Below, piece after piece: positions 1 to 12,531 of a stretch of 64,000 bases of DNA (the stretch's first letter is position 1; each line of letters opens with the position of its first letter). The stretch spans positions 1,740 to 65,739 of the forward strand of contig JAUWMV010000011.1 in assembly GCA_030613005.1 (NCBI GenBank), given 5' to 3'. Source of the DNA: a bacterium. Lineage in GTDB: Bacteria; UBP14; UBA6098; B30-G16. Position numbers and translations under genes: made by a program. A model generated the notes under the pieces. The model saw only the letters and a list, made by a program, of their open reading frames with translations, did no database searches and was not told the origin of the DNA.

Positions 1-3000
1 TTCTTCAATAGAAACATTCTGACCTGCTTCTAAATCTTCATCGACATATAGACCACCCCAGATAACAACATGGTCAGTAATTGTAATTTTATCGCCCTCA
101 GCTTGAATCGAATCTGCAATTAGTTCACCGTGTACCCAAAGGTTAGCCATTGTCCAAATTGTATCAGACATCTTTTTATCTTTGCTCCATATTGTATCGG
201 TGAATACTTCGTCAATTTTAATATCAGTGTTGAAGATCGAACCATCTACAATTAGATCTTTCAAAATATGAACATCGTCCTTAATAAGTATTTCATCGCC
301 AAATGCCTCGATTTCATCGACGATAAGCTCATTTTCAATCATAAAGTAAGAGTCTTGAACTTTGATTGTATCCTCCACCAGCCCAGAGATATAATCAACG
401 TAAATGTAATTGCTGGATAGGGCACCGAATTTACCCATTTCTCCAGTCACCACACCACCAACTAGAAGGTTACCCCAGATATTAACGTGGTCATCCATAT
501 CGATATAGTCACCATCAGCTTGGATCGAATCTACAATAAGTTCGCCATTAATATAGAAGTTTGCCATTGTCCATATGGTGTCGGAAACGAGACCGTCTTT
601 GCTCCATAGTGAATCGGTAAAGACTTCGTCAATTTTAATATCAGTATTGTAAATCGAACCATCTACAATTAGATCTTTCAAAATATGAACATCGTCCTTA
701 ATAAGTATTTCATCGCCAAATGCCTCAATGTCATCAACGATAAGCTCTTTTTCAATCATAAAGTAGTCATGAACCTTGATCGTATCTTTATCATCAGCAT
801 AGATATGATCTACATATAGACCATCATCGATAAAAACATTCTGGTCTACTTCTAAATCATAATCGACATATAGACCACCCCAGATATTGACATTGTTATT
901 AATTTCTATAATACAACCGATTGCATCAATGGTGTCTATCGATAGTACATTGTCAACTTTCAAGTCGCCCCAAACGTTAACATTATCATCTAAATCAATA
1001 TATTCACCGACTGCCTGGATAGAATCTGCTATAAGCTCGCCGTATACTTTTAAGTCGTTTAATACTTCGATTGTGTCGTGCTCATCACCTCTGATAACGT
1101 CGACAAAAAGTTCATCCCAAATATGGACATCTTCAGTAACGATAAGATCATCTTCGATCTTAACGACGCCCTTCATCCAGATAGTATCGTAATTCATTGC
1201 TTTTATCGTGTCGATGGTTAGAACAACTCCACCCCACCAACTGATCAAAGAGTCGAGTACGGTACCCACTGTTATAACAGACTTAGTACCACCACCAACT
1301 ATGTCTAACGGATCAGGTATATCATTCTCAGTAAACTTGCCAACATAAGTCGGTAACGGAGGGTAAGGAATATGGAACGCACCAATGCTATCAGGTACAC
1401 CACGTGGTCTATCATACCCCCAGAACAGTTTTTTCGGTTTGATCGAACCCCATCTATAGTCTTCAGTACGAATACCTTCATCTTCAATATCCTCGTAATT
1501 AACCGTTCCGTCCAATATGTGCCAACCCAAAATAGCATCTTTAGCTATTCTGGAACCATCGATAGAATGCCACTTAATCGTAACTAAGCTATCAGCGATT
1601 GTATAAGGTGGTGAACCTCCGCCATATCTTTCGAAATATCTATTATCCATATATGCTTTAACAAAACCTGCAGCGAACTGGTCTTCGCCGCCGATCTTGA
1701 CTCCAATGTCTTGGGAATCGTGATCGAATATTGCGAACATATTATCTATAGCTTTCTGGACAGTGGCTGCACTGAAGGAAACTGCTGCGTCGTCGAAACC
1801 TACTATACCAGCGCCATCATCGGAACCTAGACCAAATCCACCAATAAATAGATCATGTCCAGATGTGATATAAATATGGTCAGTAATTGTAATTTTATCG
1901 CCCTCAGCTTGAATCGAATCTGCAATAAGTTCGCCGTGTACCCAGAGGTTTGCCATTACCCGAATTGTGTCGGAGAGGTCTTTGTCTTTGCTCCATATTT
2001 TATCGGTAAAGACTTCATCAATTTTAATATCAGTATTGTAAATCGAACCACCAACATATAGGTCTTCACCTACATGTAGGTCTTCTCCAACACCTAATTC
2101 TTGAATCATGTAAACGTTATCTACGAAAATAGCTCCGCCTTCGACTTCCATATCGCCAAGAACTCCCATATCGCCAAAGACTCCCATATCGCCTTCGACT
2201 CCCATATTGCCAGCGACATACAACACGCCATCAATCGTAAGATAGCCAGCACCACCATGCTTAGGTTCGATTACATCAGCTACAAGCTCTTTCTCAACGT
2301 ATAGATAGCCATCGACGCGAACTGTATCATCGATAAGATTATAAATAATTCCATTGATATCCAGATCGCCAGCAATTCCAACATCGCCTTCAATTCCAAC
2401 ATCGCCCCAGATATCAACATCGTCATAAATTCCAATAATAGTACCGATTGCATTAATGTTGTCGGTGTAAAATTCATTGTCAACTTTCAAGTCACCCCAA
2501 ACATTAACATTGTCGTCAAGATCAATATAATCGCCAACTGCTTGAATGGAGTCAGCAATAAGTTCACCGTGAATTTTGAAGTTTGCCATGGCAACGATTG
2601 TATCGATAACATGTGCATCTGCCGACCAAATTGTATCGCTTTTGGTTACGGCAGCTAATTCATCGATAGCTTTTTGAACTGTCGCTCCAGCCAAACCACT
2701 CATTGAATTATCATAGTCAACTTTTGTTGCCCATGCGTTTCCAATTGTCCAATCGCCGGAAGAGTAAACGAACATATCACCATCGGAAGCTGCTCCGTCA
2801 GCGAATTTGCCAATCCCGATCGCTTTATCCTTAATAACAATGTGATCCACACCCTGTTCGAAGAAATCGGTATTGAGAAAGTCCGGTGTTCCACCAGAAC
2901 CAACTATAACTAATGTATCGCCGGCGCCACCTTCAATAAGAGACAATCTTGTCTCATAATCATCGAGAACCGTCGCTACAAGTGATCCATCATACTCAAC

Positions 3001-3918
3001 GCAATCTGCAGAGAGTTGTCCCACCAACCATGCACATCCATCGAAATAGAACACGTCACAAGCTTCAGTTCCGAGTGCGAATTTATCTACGCCGATTGCT
3101 TCATCAGCTATCTTATCTGCACCTATTGCAGCATTTGCAATCTTATCTGCACCTATTGCAGCATTTGCAATCTGATCTGCACCTATTGCAGCATCTGCAA
3201 TTGTTATATGATTAGTTGCATCCTGTGCGAAGAAAATTTCGTTCAACCAATCAGGAGTTCCTAAATCACCAACCTTAACGAGTTCATCGGCATCGGGAAG
3301 TGTTATCATATCTGCGTATAAATTATCGATAGCATCCTGTGCGTTATCACCAAGGCCAGTAATCGTGTCATCATACACTACATTCGCAGCTAATACAGCA
3401 TCTGCATAAAGAGCAACCGCAGCAACACCTGCAGTAGCGGAATAATTAGCTTCATCAGCATAATCGGCACTATCCGCTCTGGCAGCATGGTCTGCATTTA
3501 AAGCAGTAATCGCGGCTAAAGCAGATCCTGCTGTGAGTGCATATGTTGCATTAAGTGCCCATAATGCTTTAATTTCTGCAGTAATCAGTTTCCTAGGAGT
3601 CAATGTGTTATATCCACTTCCGAGATTATAAGAAATCTCATAGTATAATTTAGTAGATGGAGAGGATAACACACTGGAAGAAATCGTTAGATCGAAGACT
3701 CCAGAGAAAAGACCGTTTTCACATGTAACCGTTGTAGTATCAACTGTAACAAGAGTTGTTCCTGTGACATTAGTGTAAATTGCTAAAATAAAATCAACAT
3801 CCCCATTTACTGCAATACCTGAAGCATCAGTTAATTTTCCTTGATAGGTAACCTCCGTACCCCACGATAGGCCTATCAACAGCAGTGCAAACAGAACAAC
3901 CGCTAACTTCCTCGGCAT
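1..3918 (-). CDS. Giant repetitive secreted cell-surface protein. N-terminal ~1306 aa are in the window and the C-terminus lies beyond position 1. Possible beta-helical adhesin or S-layer-like protein.
   Basis: Manual reverse-complement translation is open from the ATG at 3916-3918 (RBS AAAGGAGGAAAGG upstream) to the window edge. It is absent from the ORF track only because its stop is outside the window. N-terminus MPRKLAVVLFALLLIGLSWG looks like a signal peptide. Body contains repeating ~137-aa modules with the recurring motifs DTIW(S/T)MANxxxHGELIADSIQA(E/V)GD and hexad-periodic GD(M/V)G(V/I)EGD(M/V)G runs. All short track ORFs in this span are shadow ORFs. Confidence 0.75.
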   Translation of the reverse strand, partial: MPRKLAVVLFALLLIGLSWGTEVTYQGKLTDASGIAVNGDVDFILAIYTNVTGTTLVTVDTTTVTCENGLFSGVFDLTISSSVLSSPSTKLYYEISYNLGSGYNTLTPRKLITAEIKALWALNATYALTAGSALAAITALNADHAARADSADYADEANYSATAGVAAVALYADAVLAANVVYDDTITGLGDNAQDAIDNLYADMITLPDADELVKVGDLGTPDWLNEIFFAQDATNHITIADAAIGADQIANAAIGADKIANAAIGADKIADEAIGVDKFALGTEACDVFYFDGCAWLVGQLSADCVEYDGSLVATVLDDYETRLSLIEGGAGDTLVIVGSGGTPDFLNTDFFEQGVDHIVIKDKAIGIGKFADGAASDGDMFVYSSGDWTIGNAWATKVDYDNSMSGLAGATVQKAIDELAAVTKSDTIWSADAHVIDTIVAMANFKIHGELIADSIQAVGDYIDLDDNVNVWGDLKVDNEFYTDNINAIGTIIGIYDDVDIWGDVGIEGDVGIAGDLDINGIIYNLIDDTVRVDGYLYVEKELVADVIEPKHGGAGYLTIDGVLYVAGNMGVEGDMGVFGDMGVLGDMEVEGGAIFVDNVYMIQELGVGEDLHVGEDLYVGGSIYNTDIKIDEVFTDKIWSKDKDLSDTIRVMANLWVHGELIADSIQAEGDKITITDHIYITSGHDLFIGGFGLGSDDGAGIVGFDDAAVSFSAATVQKAIDNMFAIFDHDSQDIGVKIGGEDQFAAGFVKAYMDNRYFERYGGGSPPYTIADSLVTIKWHSIDGSRIAKDAILGWHILDGTVNYEDIEDEGIRTEDYRWGSIKPKKLFWGYDRPRGVPDSIGAFHIPYPPLPTYVGKFTENDIPDPLDIVGGGTKSVITVGTVLDSLISWWGGVVLTIDTIKAMNYDTIWMKGVVKIEDDLIVTEDVHIWDELFVDVIRGDEHDTIEVLNDLKVYGELIADSIQAVGEYIDLDDNVNVWGDLKVDNVLSIDTIDAIGCIIEINNNVNIWGGLYVDYDLEVDQNVFIDDGLYVDHIYADDKDTIKVHDYFMIEKELIVDDIEAFGDEILIKDDVHILKDLIVDGSIYNTDIKIDEVFTDSLWSKDGLVSDTIWTMANFYINGELIVDSIQADGDYIDMDDHVNIWGNLLVGGVVTGEMGKFGALSSNYIYVDYISGLVEDTIKVQDSYFMIENELIVDEIEAFGDEILIKDDVHILKDLIVDGSIFNTDIKIDEVFTDTIWSKDKKMSDTIWTMANLWVHGELIADSIQAEGDKITITDHVVIWGGLYVDEDLEAGQNVSIEE
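70..2560. repeat. High-identity intragenic repeats of ~410-bp period inside the giant surface-protein gene.
   Basis: A ~50-nt block at 70-120 is identical to 1876-1926. A ~130-nt block at 211-340 recurs at 621-750 with only a few substitutions. Further related copies start near 481 and 2450. These correspond to the ~137-aa protein modules. Confidence 0.65.
3111..3200. repeat. Perfect or near-perfect 30-bp tandem repeat, 3 copies plus a degenerate 4th at 3081-3110, in frame within the giant gene. Encodes the decapeptide repeat IGADKIANAA.
   Basis: 3111-3140 and 3141-3170 are identical (tcttatctgcacctattgcagcatttgcaa). 3171-3200 differs at 2 positions. Confidence 0.85.
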
Positions 3919-4324
3919 AGCCTTTCCTCCTTTTAAGAATTTTTGCTTTCCATTTTGGTAAAAATTGTTAAAAAATCCATTGGCATTAAGCAATGTAAAA
4001 AACATATAAGAGCCCCCTTTTTTTAAGACAGCAAATCAGACATTTATTTTTGTAAAGATATTTACTCAAAAAAACTCCGCAAGTGTTTTTTTTAAATAAC
4101 ATAGAACTTTTTTTTTTCTCCTACCTCCTTGAATCTCAAAAAACTATATCGGCACATGATAATTTTACTCTAAGATTTATGCCTATTCCTATCTCAAATA
4201 ATAATTAAACTACATTAATACAATTAAAAAAAACCATTTATATTGTCCTTGATTTTTCAAAATATAAAATTATTTTATTTTAATCCAAGAAACATTTATA
4301 ATTTTTTCCAAAAAATTATAATAA

Positions 4325-6775
<2,451 letters not shown>

Positions 6776-6820
6776 GGTTTTTCAGGAAAGAAAAATAAAT
6801 TTTCAGACCACTGGAAATAA

Positions 6821-7276
6821 ATGAGAATTTTTTTTGAGAAGCTAATCGCTACATTTTTTGGTGTAGGTTTCTCACCAATCGCTCCTGGAACTGCATCAAG
6901 CGCAAGTACCGCAATTATAATTTGGTTTTTTATACCCACTCAATCTATATATTATATCATATCAATTATAATACTCATCCCAATCTCAGCTTATTTCTGT
7001 AGTGTGGGAAAGAAATTCTGGGGGAAAACCGACGATGGAAAAATTGTCCTTGACGAATTTATTGGAATGGCTATTGCATTTATATGGATACCAAAAAATA
7101 TTTATATTTTTGTTATAGGATTTTTCTTATTCCGTTTTTTCGACATCTTCAAAATATTTCCCGCTGGAAGAGCCGAAAAAATCAAAGGAGGATGGGGTGT
7201 GTTATTGGATGACGTAATAGTAGGGGTTTATACAAATATAATTTTGCTTTGTATTAAATTTGTCTTCAAAATTTAA
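6821..7276 (+). CDS. pgpA: Phosphatidylglycerophosphatase A.
   Basis: 151 aa polytopic protein with the PgpA signature FFGVGFSPIAPGTASSA. Confidence 0.8.
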   Translation: MRIFFEKLIATFFGVGFSPIAPGTASSASTAIIIWFFIPTQSIYYIISIIILIPISAYFCSVGKKFWGKTDDGKIVLDEFIGMAIAFIWIPKNIYIFVIGFFLFRFFDIFKIFPAGRAEKIKGGWGVLLDDVIVGVYTNIILLCIKFVFKI

Positions 7277-7293
7277 CGAATACGGAGAAAATA

Positions 7294-8567
7294 TGTATTC
7301 TGCCGCAATTTTAACTGTTGGAGATGAAATCCTTAGAGGTCGCATTTTAGATAAAAACTTTCAGTGGCTTTCACGTCAACTTTTCAATATGGGTATAGAA
7401 GTCGTTTATCACGAAACTGTTCCCGACAAACTCGAAAATCTTATTACTGCATTCAAAAACGGGGTATTACGAGCTGATATAATCATTTCCACCGGTGGAC
7501 TTGGTCCAACACCAGACGACCTAACCCGAAATGCTATAGCCAATTTCCTTAATGTCAAGATGATTTATCATAAAGAAATTGAGGAGAAAAACAGAATAAG
7601 ATTCTCAACCAGAGGTCTTGTAATGCCGGAAAATAATCGTGTTCAATGTAACGTTCCAGAGAACGGAATTGCTGTGGATAATCCTGAGGGAACCGCACCC
7701 GGAATATTTTATAAGCAAAACAAAACACTAATTTTATTATTGCCTGGACCACCAATTGAGGTGAAAGTTGTTTTTGAAAACGCTAAAAGTTTAATTAAAA
7801 AAGAACTGTCAAGTACTAAAAAAATTATTTCTTCTTTTAAAACAATCGGAGTTCCTGAATCGATTCTTGAGACCTGGATTTCGAAATTGCTTATCCCTAA
7901 AGGAGTCGAATTATCTTACTATCCATCGTTAAAAGGAGTTGATATTGTTGCATCAGCGGATAATCATTCACAAATTTCAAAGATTAATGAAATTCTGGAT
8001 AAGTTGCTGAATAAATATACTTTTACAAGAACTGAGAGTGAGAGAATTGAAGAGATCATCGGTAAAATACTTAAGGATCGCGGAGAAACCTTATCCGTTG
8101 CCGAATCTTGTACCGGTGGAATGTTAGCATCTCGAATAGTTGACATTCCCGGAAGTTCTAATTATTTCTTCGGAGGAATAGTATCTTATTCAAATGAAGT
8201 TAAGAGAAATTTTTTAGGAGTTTCACAAAACAATTTAATAAAATACGGCGTGGTAAGCTCAAAAGTTGCTGTTCAGATGGCAATCGGAATTAGAAAGAAT
8301 CTTAGGTCCACTTATGGTATAGGCATAACAGGAATAGCTGGTCCCGATGGTGGTACACCAGAAAAACCTGTCGGTTTGGTTTACATTTCGATAGCTGCAC
8401 CGGACAAAGTCTACGTTAGAAAATACACTTTCGTTGGAAGTCGAAACACGATAAGAACCCGAACAACCACCGCAGCATTAAATATGCTTTGGGTAATTTT
8501 AAAATGGGGAGATATTATAAACTATAGATTTGAGGATGGCGGAAAATTTATTTCTCTTTCTGATTGA
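7294..8567 (+). CDS. cinA: CinA-family protein: N-terminal MoaB/MogA-like domain plus C-terminal CinA/PncC-like nicotinamide-nucleotide amidohydrolase domain.
   Basis: The track ORF starts at 7260. The preferred start is the ATG at 7294 (MYSAAILTVGDEILRG, typical CinA N-terminus) with GGAG 6-8 nt upstream. C-terminal domain motif LSVAESCTGGMLASRIVDIPGSS. Confidence 0.85.
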
Positions 8568-8623
8568 TAACAATTAACAATGGGAAAAATTTAATCGAGG
8601 ATATGAGCAACCAAAAGGATACA

Positions 8624-9175
8624 ATGAGAAGTTTTTTTGCGGTCGAGCTTCCCGACAATATAAAAGGTTGGGTCAATAACGACGTAATTAAAAGGCTTTC
8701 AAAACTACCTGTAAAAGCAAAATGGGTCGATTCGAAAAATATGCATCTAACATTGCGCTTTCTTGGAAATATAGATTACAAACAATTTGAAACATTACTG
8801 CTCAAAACTCCCAAAGTTCTTGTAAATATAGGAATTATTGAGCTTAAACTATCTAAAATTGGAACATTTGGTGGTCGATCACCGAGAGTTGTTTGGATCA
8901 GTGTCGATGGAGAAATTGATAAACTGACTTTAGTATATAAGGGAATTGAAGATGTGTGCATGTCTATAGTTTTAGAGTCGGACAATCACAAATACTCACC
9001 ACACATAACAATCGCTAGAATAAAATCACCGGTAAATACTGGAAAATTAGTTTCTGAGATAAAGAAAATTGTTGTAAATCCCTTGAGATTTTATACGGAA
9101 AAGATTACTCTTTTTAGAAGCACATTGACACCACAGGGACCTATTTATGAAGTATTGGAAAAGTTTTCCCTTTAA
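8624..9175 (+). CDS. thpR: RNA 2',3'-cyclic phosphodiesterase (2H phosphoesterase, LigT/ThpR).
   Basis: Two H-x-T/S-x motifs (MHLTLRFLG and PHITIARIK). The track ORF starts at 8564. The internal ATG at 8624 (MRSFFAVELPD) has an AAGGA RBS and matches the family N-terminus. Confidence 0.8.
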   Translation: MRSFFAVELPDNIKGWVNNDVIKRLSKLPVKAKWVDSKNMHLTLRFLGNIDYKQFETLLLKTPKVLVNIGIIELKLSKIGTFGGRSPRVVWISVDGEIDKLTLVYKGIEDVCMSIVLESDNHKYSPHITIARIKSPVNTGKLVSEIKKIVVNPLRFYTEKITLFRSTLTPQGPIYEVLEKFSL

Positions 9176-9198
9176 TTATGAAATAAAACGGAGGAATA

Positions 9199-10257
9199 AT
9201 GGCTAAAAAAAACAAAAATGAAGAACTAACTCCCAAAAATAAGGTTGAATTCGCTGCAGAACAAATAGAAAAAACGTTTGGCAAAGGATATCTTATTCGT
9301 CTTGGTGATAAAGCCATAGAACGGGTACCGGTGATACCAACTGGCAGTCTGACACTTGATTTTGCTTTAGTTATTGGTGGAATACCCAAAGGTCGAATAT
9401 CAGAGATATATGGACCGGAGGCATCAGGGAAAACAACCCTAGGACTTCACCTTATAGCAGAAGAACAAAAGAAAGGTGGAATTGCTGCTTTCATCGATGC
9501 AGAACATGCTCTCGACCCAATTTACGCGCGAAAACTTGGCGTCGACATTGAAAATCTGTGGGTTTCCCAGCCCGATTACGGTGAGCAAGCCTTAGAAATT
9601 GCGGAAACTCTCGTTCGAAGCGGTGCAATGAGTATTATTGTTATCGACTCGGTTGCTGCTCTCGTTCCCAAAGCCGAAATAGAAGGTGAAATGGGAGATC
9701 AAAAGATCGGAATGCAAGCGAGACTTATGTCTCAGGCTTTGAGAAAACTCACAGCCGTTGTAGGTAGGTCTAAAACAGCATTAGTATTCATAAATCAAAC
9801 ACGCATGAGGATTGGTATTCTATACGGTAACCCCCAGACCACAACAGGTGGTGTTGCATTAAAGTTTTATGCCACGATAAGAATTGAAGTTCGACGAGGA
9901 AGTGCAATCAAAATCGGCACAGAATCGATCGGTGCAAAAACTATTGCCAAAGTAGTAAAAAATAAACTCGCACCACCATTCAAATCTGCAGAGTTCGATA
10001 TAATTTACGGAAAGGGGATTTCTAAGTCCGGGGAGTTAATCGACTTAGGTGTCCACGCAGGAATTATAGATAAAAGTGGTGTTTGGTACACATACAAAAG
10101 CGACAGACTTGGGCAAGGCAGAGAAAAAGCTAAGGAATTTATCGAGGAACACCCGGAGGTTTTCTCAGAGCTTGAATTCGAGCTCAGACAAAACATGGGT
10201 TTAGAAAGCCCCGATAAATCTGTTCAAGAAAGCGAACTACCTCCTGAAATGGATTGA
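9199..10257 (+). CDS. recA: Recombinase RecA.
   Basis: 352 aa. Walker [11 protein letters not shown], RecA L1/L2 loop region, [36 protein letters not shown]. Confidence 0.97.
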   Translation: MAKKNKNEELTPKNKVEFAAEQIEKTFGKGYLIRLGDKAIERVPVIPTGSLTLDFALVIGGIPKGRISEIYGPEASGKTTLGLHLIAEEQKKGGIAAFIDAEHALDPIYARKLGVDIENLWVSQPDYGEQALEIAETLVRSGAMSIIVIDSVAALVPKAEIEGEMGDQKIGMQARLMSQALRKLTAVVGRSKTALVFINQTRMRIGILYGNPQTTTGGVALKFYATIRIEVRRGSAIKIGTESIGAKTIAKVVKNKLAPPFKSAEFDIIYGKGISKSGELIDLGVHAGIIDKSGVWYTYKSDRLGQGREKAKEFIEEHPEVFSELEFELRQNMGLESPDKSVQESELPPEMD

Positions 10258-10401
10258 GAATCCACATTTCAAGGATTTATAACATCCGAATATTAAACTC
10301 AGTTTGATCCATTTTTGTAAAATACAATTTTATAATACCATAAGTATTAATCTCAATATAAACTCTTAATTATAGATTGGAATTCTAAGGAAGAAAAATA
10401 T

Positions 10402-10577
10402 GGGGAGGAAAATGGACCCTGTGCCGAAAAGCACGATAAAGGTTTTACAGTCGCCTTTGGTATCTTACTTTCGCTCGTCCAGTACAGGATTTATTCCTGC
10501 AACAAGGAGTCTTCGCGTATGCTCAACCTTAGAGGACAACCTTCATTGGATCACTTGACAAGGATCTTTTCCTCCCC
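10402..10577. ncRNA. Candidate structured non-coding RNA of unknown class. GC-rich island closed by an 11-bp perfect helix. Strand not determined.
   Basis: GGGGAGGAAAA (10402-10412) pairs perfectly with TTTTCCTCCCC (10567-10577). Internal local hairpins: GUGC-CGAAAA-GCAC, AAAGG-(11 nt)-CCUUU, UCCU-GCAACA-AGGA, GUCUUC-(17 nt)-GAGGAC. Local GC content is clearly above the surrounding intergenic DNA. It lies between recA and the mscS-family gene. The only ORF is a 53-aa reading frame with non-protein-like composition. Confidence 0.3.
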
Positions 10578-10685
10578 TTAATTCAAAATTTATTAGTTTA
10601 TCGTCATCCTGCAATAAAAATCTGTGGATTTATATATATTTTAAATTATTTTTTCTAAGTTTATATTTAGCAAAGGAGAATCGAT

Positions 10686-11735
10686 GTGACCGAGCAATAT
10701 CCCAAATTAATTATCTGGGTTGTCGTTCTCAGTGGATCGGTTTTAGTTTCTTTTTTACTTTCTTTAATTTTAGGCTTAATTACTCGAAAAAGAAAATCCA
10801 AGAAGCTACAGCATGGACCCACCCTTGTATTAGAGGAAATGAAAAAGAATTCAATTAACACTATTTTGATAATTCTAGCACTCTTCTGGATTTTGAGCGA
10901 TGTGGTTTTCGTTTTCCCAAACATCCACCAAAACACGATCATCATACTTAAAAAAATACTAGTTATCTATGCCATAATTATTATAGCAAAGTTTTCAGCG
11001 GGTGTAATTCTCGGTTTTTTTAAAATCACATTTGACAAATTGAGCCAAGACGATGAGATTACAACTTTTGAGGCTTTTTACCCATTATTCAGAAATATAG
11101 CAAAAACAGTTGTCTATATTATTGCTGGGATAACGATTCTGTCGTATTTGGGAATTAATATCAGTGCGTTAATTGTTTCTCTTGGTGTAGCTGGCGCTGC
11201 ATTAGCTCTTGCTTTGAAAGATACGATTGAAAATGCTGTATCCGGTATAATAATAATGTTTGATAAACCGTTCAGGATAGGAGATAGAATTAAATTGTCC
11301 ACCGGTGAAGTGGGTGATATTTCGGAAATAGGACTTAGAAGCTGCAAAATACTTACATTCGATAATACTCTTATTATACTGCCAAATAACATGCTTTTGC
11401 AGCAGCGACTGATCAACCTTTCATACCCAAACAATATTCTTAGAGTTAGAGTTATGGTTGGCGTAGCGTATGGTACAAACACTCGGCATGCTCGAAGCGT
11501 TATGGAACAAGTGGCAATCAAACATCCTAATATCATGAAGGATCCTGCACCGTATACATTCGTCGATAGTCTCGACGATAGTGCAATAACTCTTGGGTTA
11601 TTTGTAAGAGTAGGAGATTATACTAAGGCTTGGGGAACAGAGAAAGAGCTTATCGAACAGATTTACGAAGCTTTCAAAGAGAAAAATATAGAAATACCTT
11701 TCCCGCAATTGGATGTTCACATTAATAACAAATAA
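10686..11735 (+). CDS. Mechanosensitive ion channel, MscS family.
   Basis: GTG start with AAGGAGA RBS. Three or more N-terminal TM helices. MscS beta-domain motifs (FDKPFRIGDRIKL, GEVGDISEIGLRSCKILTFDNTLIILPNNML). Confidence 0.85.
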   Translation: MTEQYPKLIIWVVVLSGSVLVSFLLSLILGLITRKRKSKKLQHGPTLVLEEMKKNSINTILIILALFWILSDVVFVFPNIHQNTIIILKKILVIYAIIIIAKFSAGVILGFFKITFDKLSQDDEITTFEAFYPLFRNIAKTVVYIIAGITILSYLGINISALIVSLGVAGAALALALKDTIENAVSGIIIMFDKPFRIGDRIKLSTGEVGDISEIGLRSCKILTFDNTLIILPNNMLLQQRLINLSYPNNILRVRVMVGVAYGTNTRHARSVMEQVAIKHPNIMKDPAPYTFVDSLDDSAITLGLFVRVGDYTKAWGTEKELIEQIYEAFKEKNIEIPFPQLDVHINNK

Positions 11736-11748
11736 AACATAATTTAAA

Positions 11749-12423
11749 ATGAACTACAACATCGATAACAACACATTTCGATATACTTTGCCACCTTCTG
11801 CAAGACACAATGGATTTATGAAACGAAGTTTTACGTATTCGCTCGGAATTCATGCTTTTCTGCTCATTCTAATTTATGTCAGCTCATTAATCTCAGCACC
11901 AATGAAACCACCTGAAAAAGTTTATACGGTAAAGATTTTAGCCGCAGCCTCTCCCGTGCAAGAACAACCCAAAACCAAAATCATCGATGAAAAACCGAAA
12001 CCGAAACTCAAACCAAAACCAAAGACAAAACCTAAACCGATAGAAAAACAAAAAGAAAAAAAGCCTAAACCGAAGAGGAAACCTTCGAAGAAAACGTTGT
12101 CACAAGGAAGCGCAACTGTTCGGTTGGATGGAGAGAACTTCACAGACGATTTCTACCTTAATCGAATTATAAATAAGATTGCTAATAACTGGCTCAATCC
12201 TATTAGAAGTTCAAGAAAACTATCAACCATAATATACTTTAAAATTCTTAAAGATGGAAAAATTACGGATATTAAAGTTGAAAAGAGTTCTAAAAACTCT
12301 CTTTTCGATCAATCGGCAAAACGTGCAGTTATGGCTTCCTCTCCTCTGCCACCATTAGCAGGTAGTTACAGTGGAGATTACCTCGGAGTTCATTTTGAGT
12401 TCGAGCATACCGGCGGGAGATGA
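11749..12423 (+). CDS. TonB-like energy transducer: N-terminal TM anchor, Lys/Pro-rich spacer, C-terminal TonB-type domain.
   Basis: KPKPKLKPKPKTKPKPIEKQKEKKPKPKRKP linker followed by a TonB C-terminal-like domain (ATVRLDGENF...GKITDIKVEKSS). The internal ATG at 11818 (MKRSF) may be the real start. Confidence 0.65.
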   Translation: MNYNIDNNTFRYTLPPSARHNGFMKRSFTYSLGIHAFLLILIYVSSLISAPMKPPEKVYTVKILAAASPVQEQPKTKIIDEKPKPKLKPKPKTKPKPIEKQKEKKPKPKRKPSKKTLSQGSATVRLDGENFTDDFYLNRIINKIANNWLNPIRSSRKLSTIIYFKILKDGKITDIKVEKSSKNSLFDQSAKRAVMASSPLPPLAGSYSGDYLGVHFEFEHTGGR

Positions 12424-12531
12424 TAAATAATTATAATCTTTATTTGTTAAGGTGTGCAAGATGAACCATGTTTTTGTATTACAGTTTTCAATAATTTATA
12501 GAATTTCCAATCAATAAATAACCTAAATTTC

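Noticed and set aside
887-3264. Short plus- and minus-strand track ORFs inside 1..3918 (e.g. 887..1192, 1855..2061, 2949..3215).
   Set aside because: They are shadow or out-of-frame ORFs within the giant minus-strand gene, with repetitive low-complexity translations generated by the repeats.
10402-10577. The candidate ncRNA as tmRNA, or as a 53-aa protein gene (MGRKMDPVPKSTIKVLQSPL...).
   Set aside because: There is no tRNA-like T-arm (GGUUCGAAUCC) or CCA-proximal acceptor geometry, and the 11-bp terminal helix is too long for an acceptor stem. The 53-aa ORF has no RBS context, odd composition and sits in a GC-rich structured island. An RNA element is more plausible than a protein.
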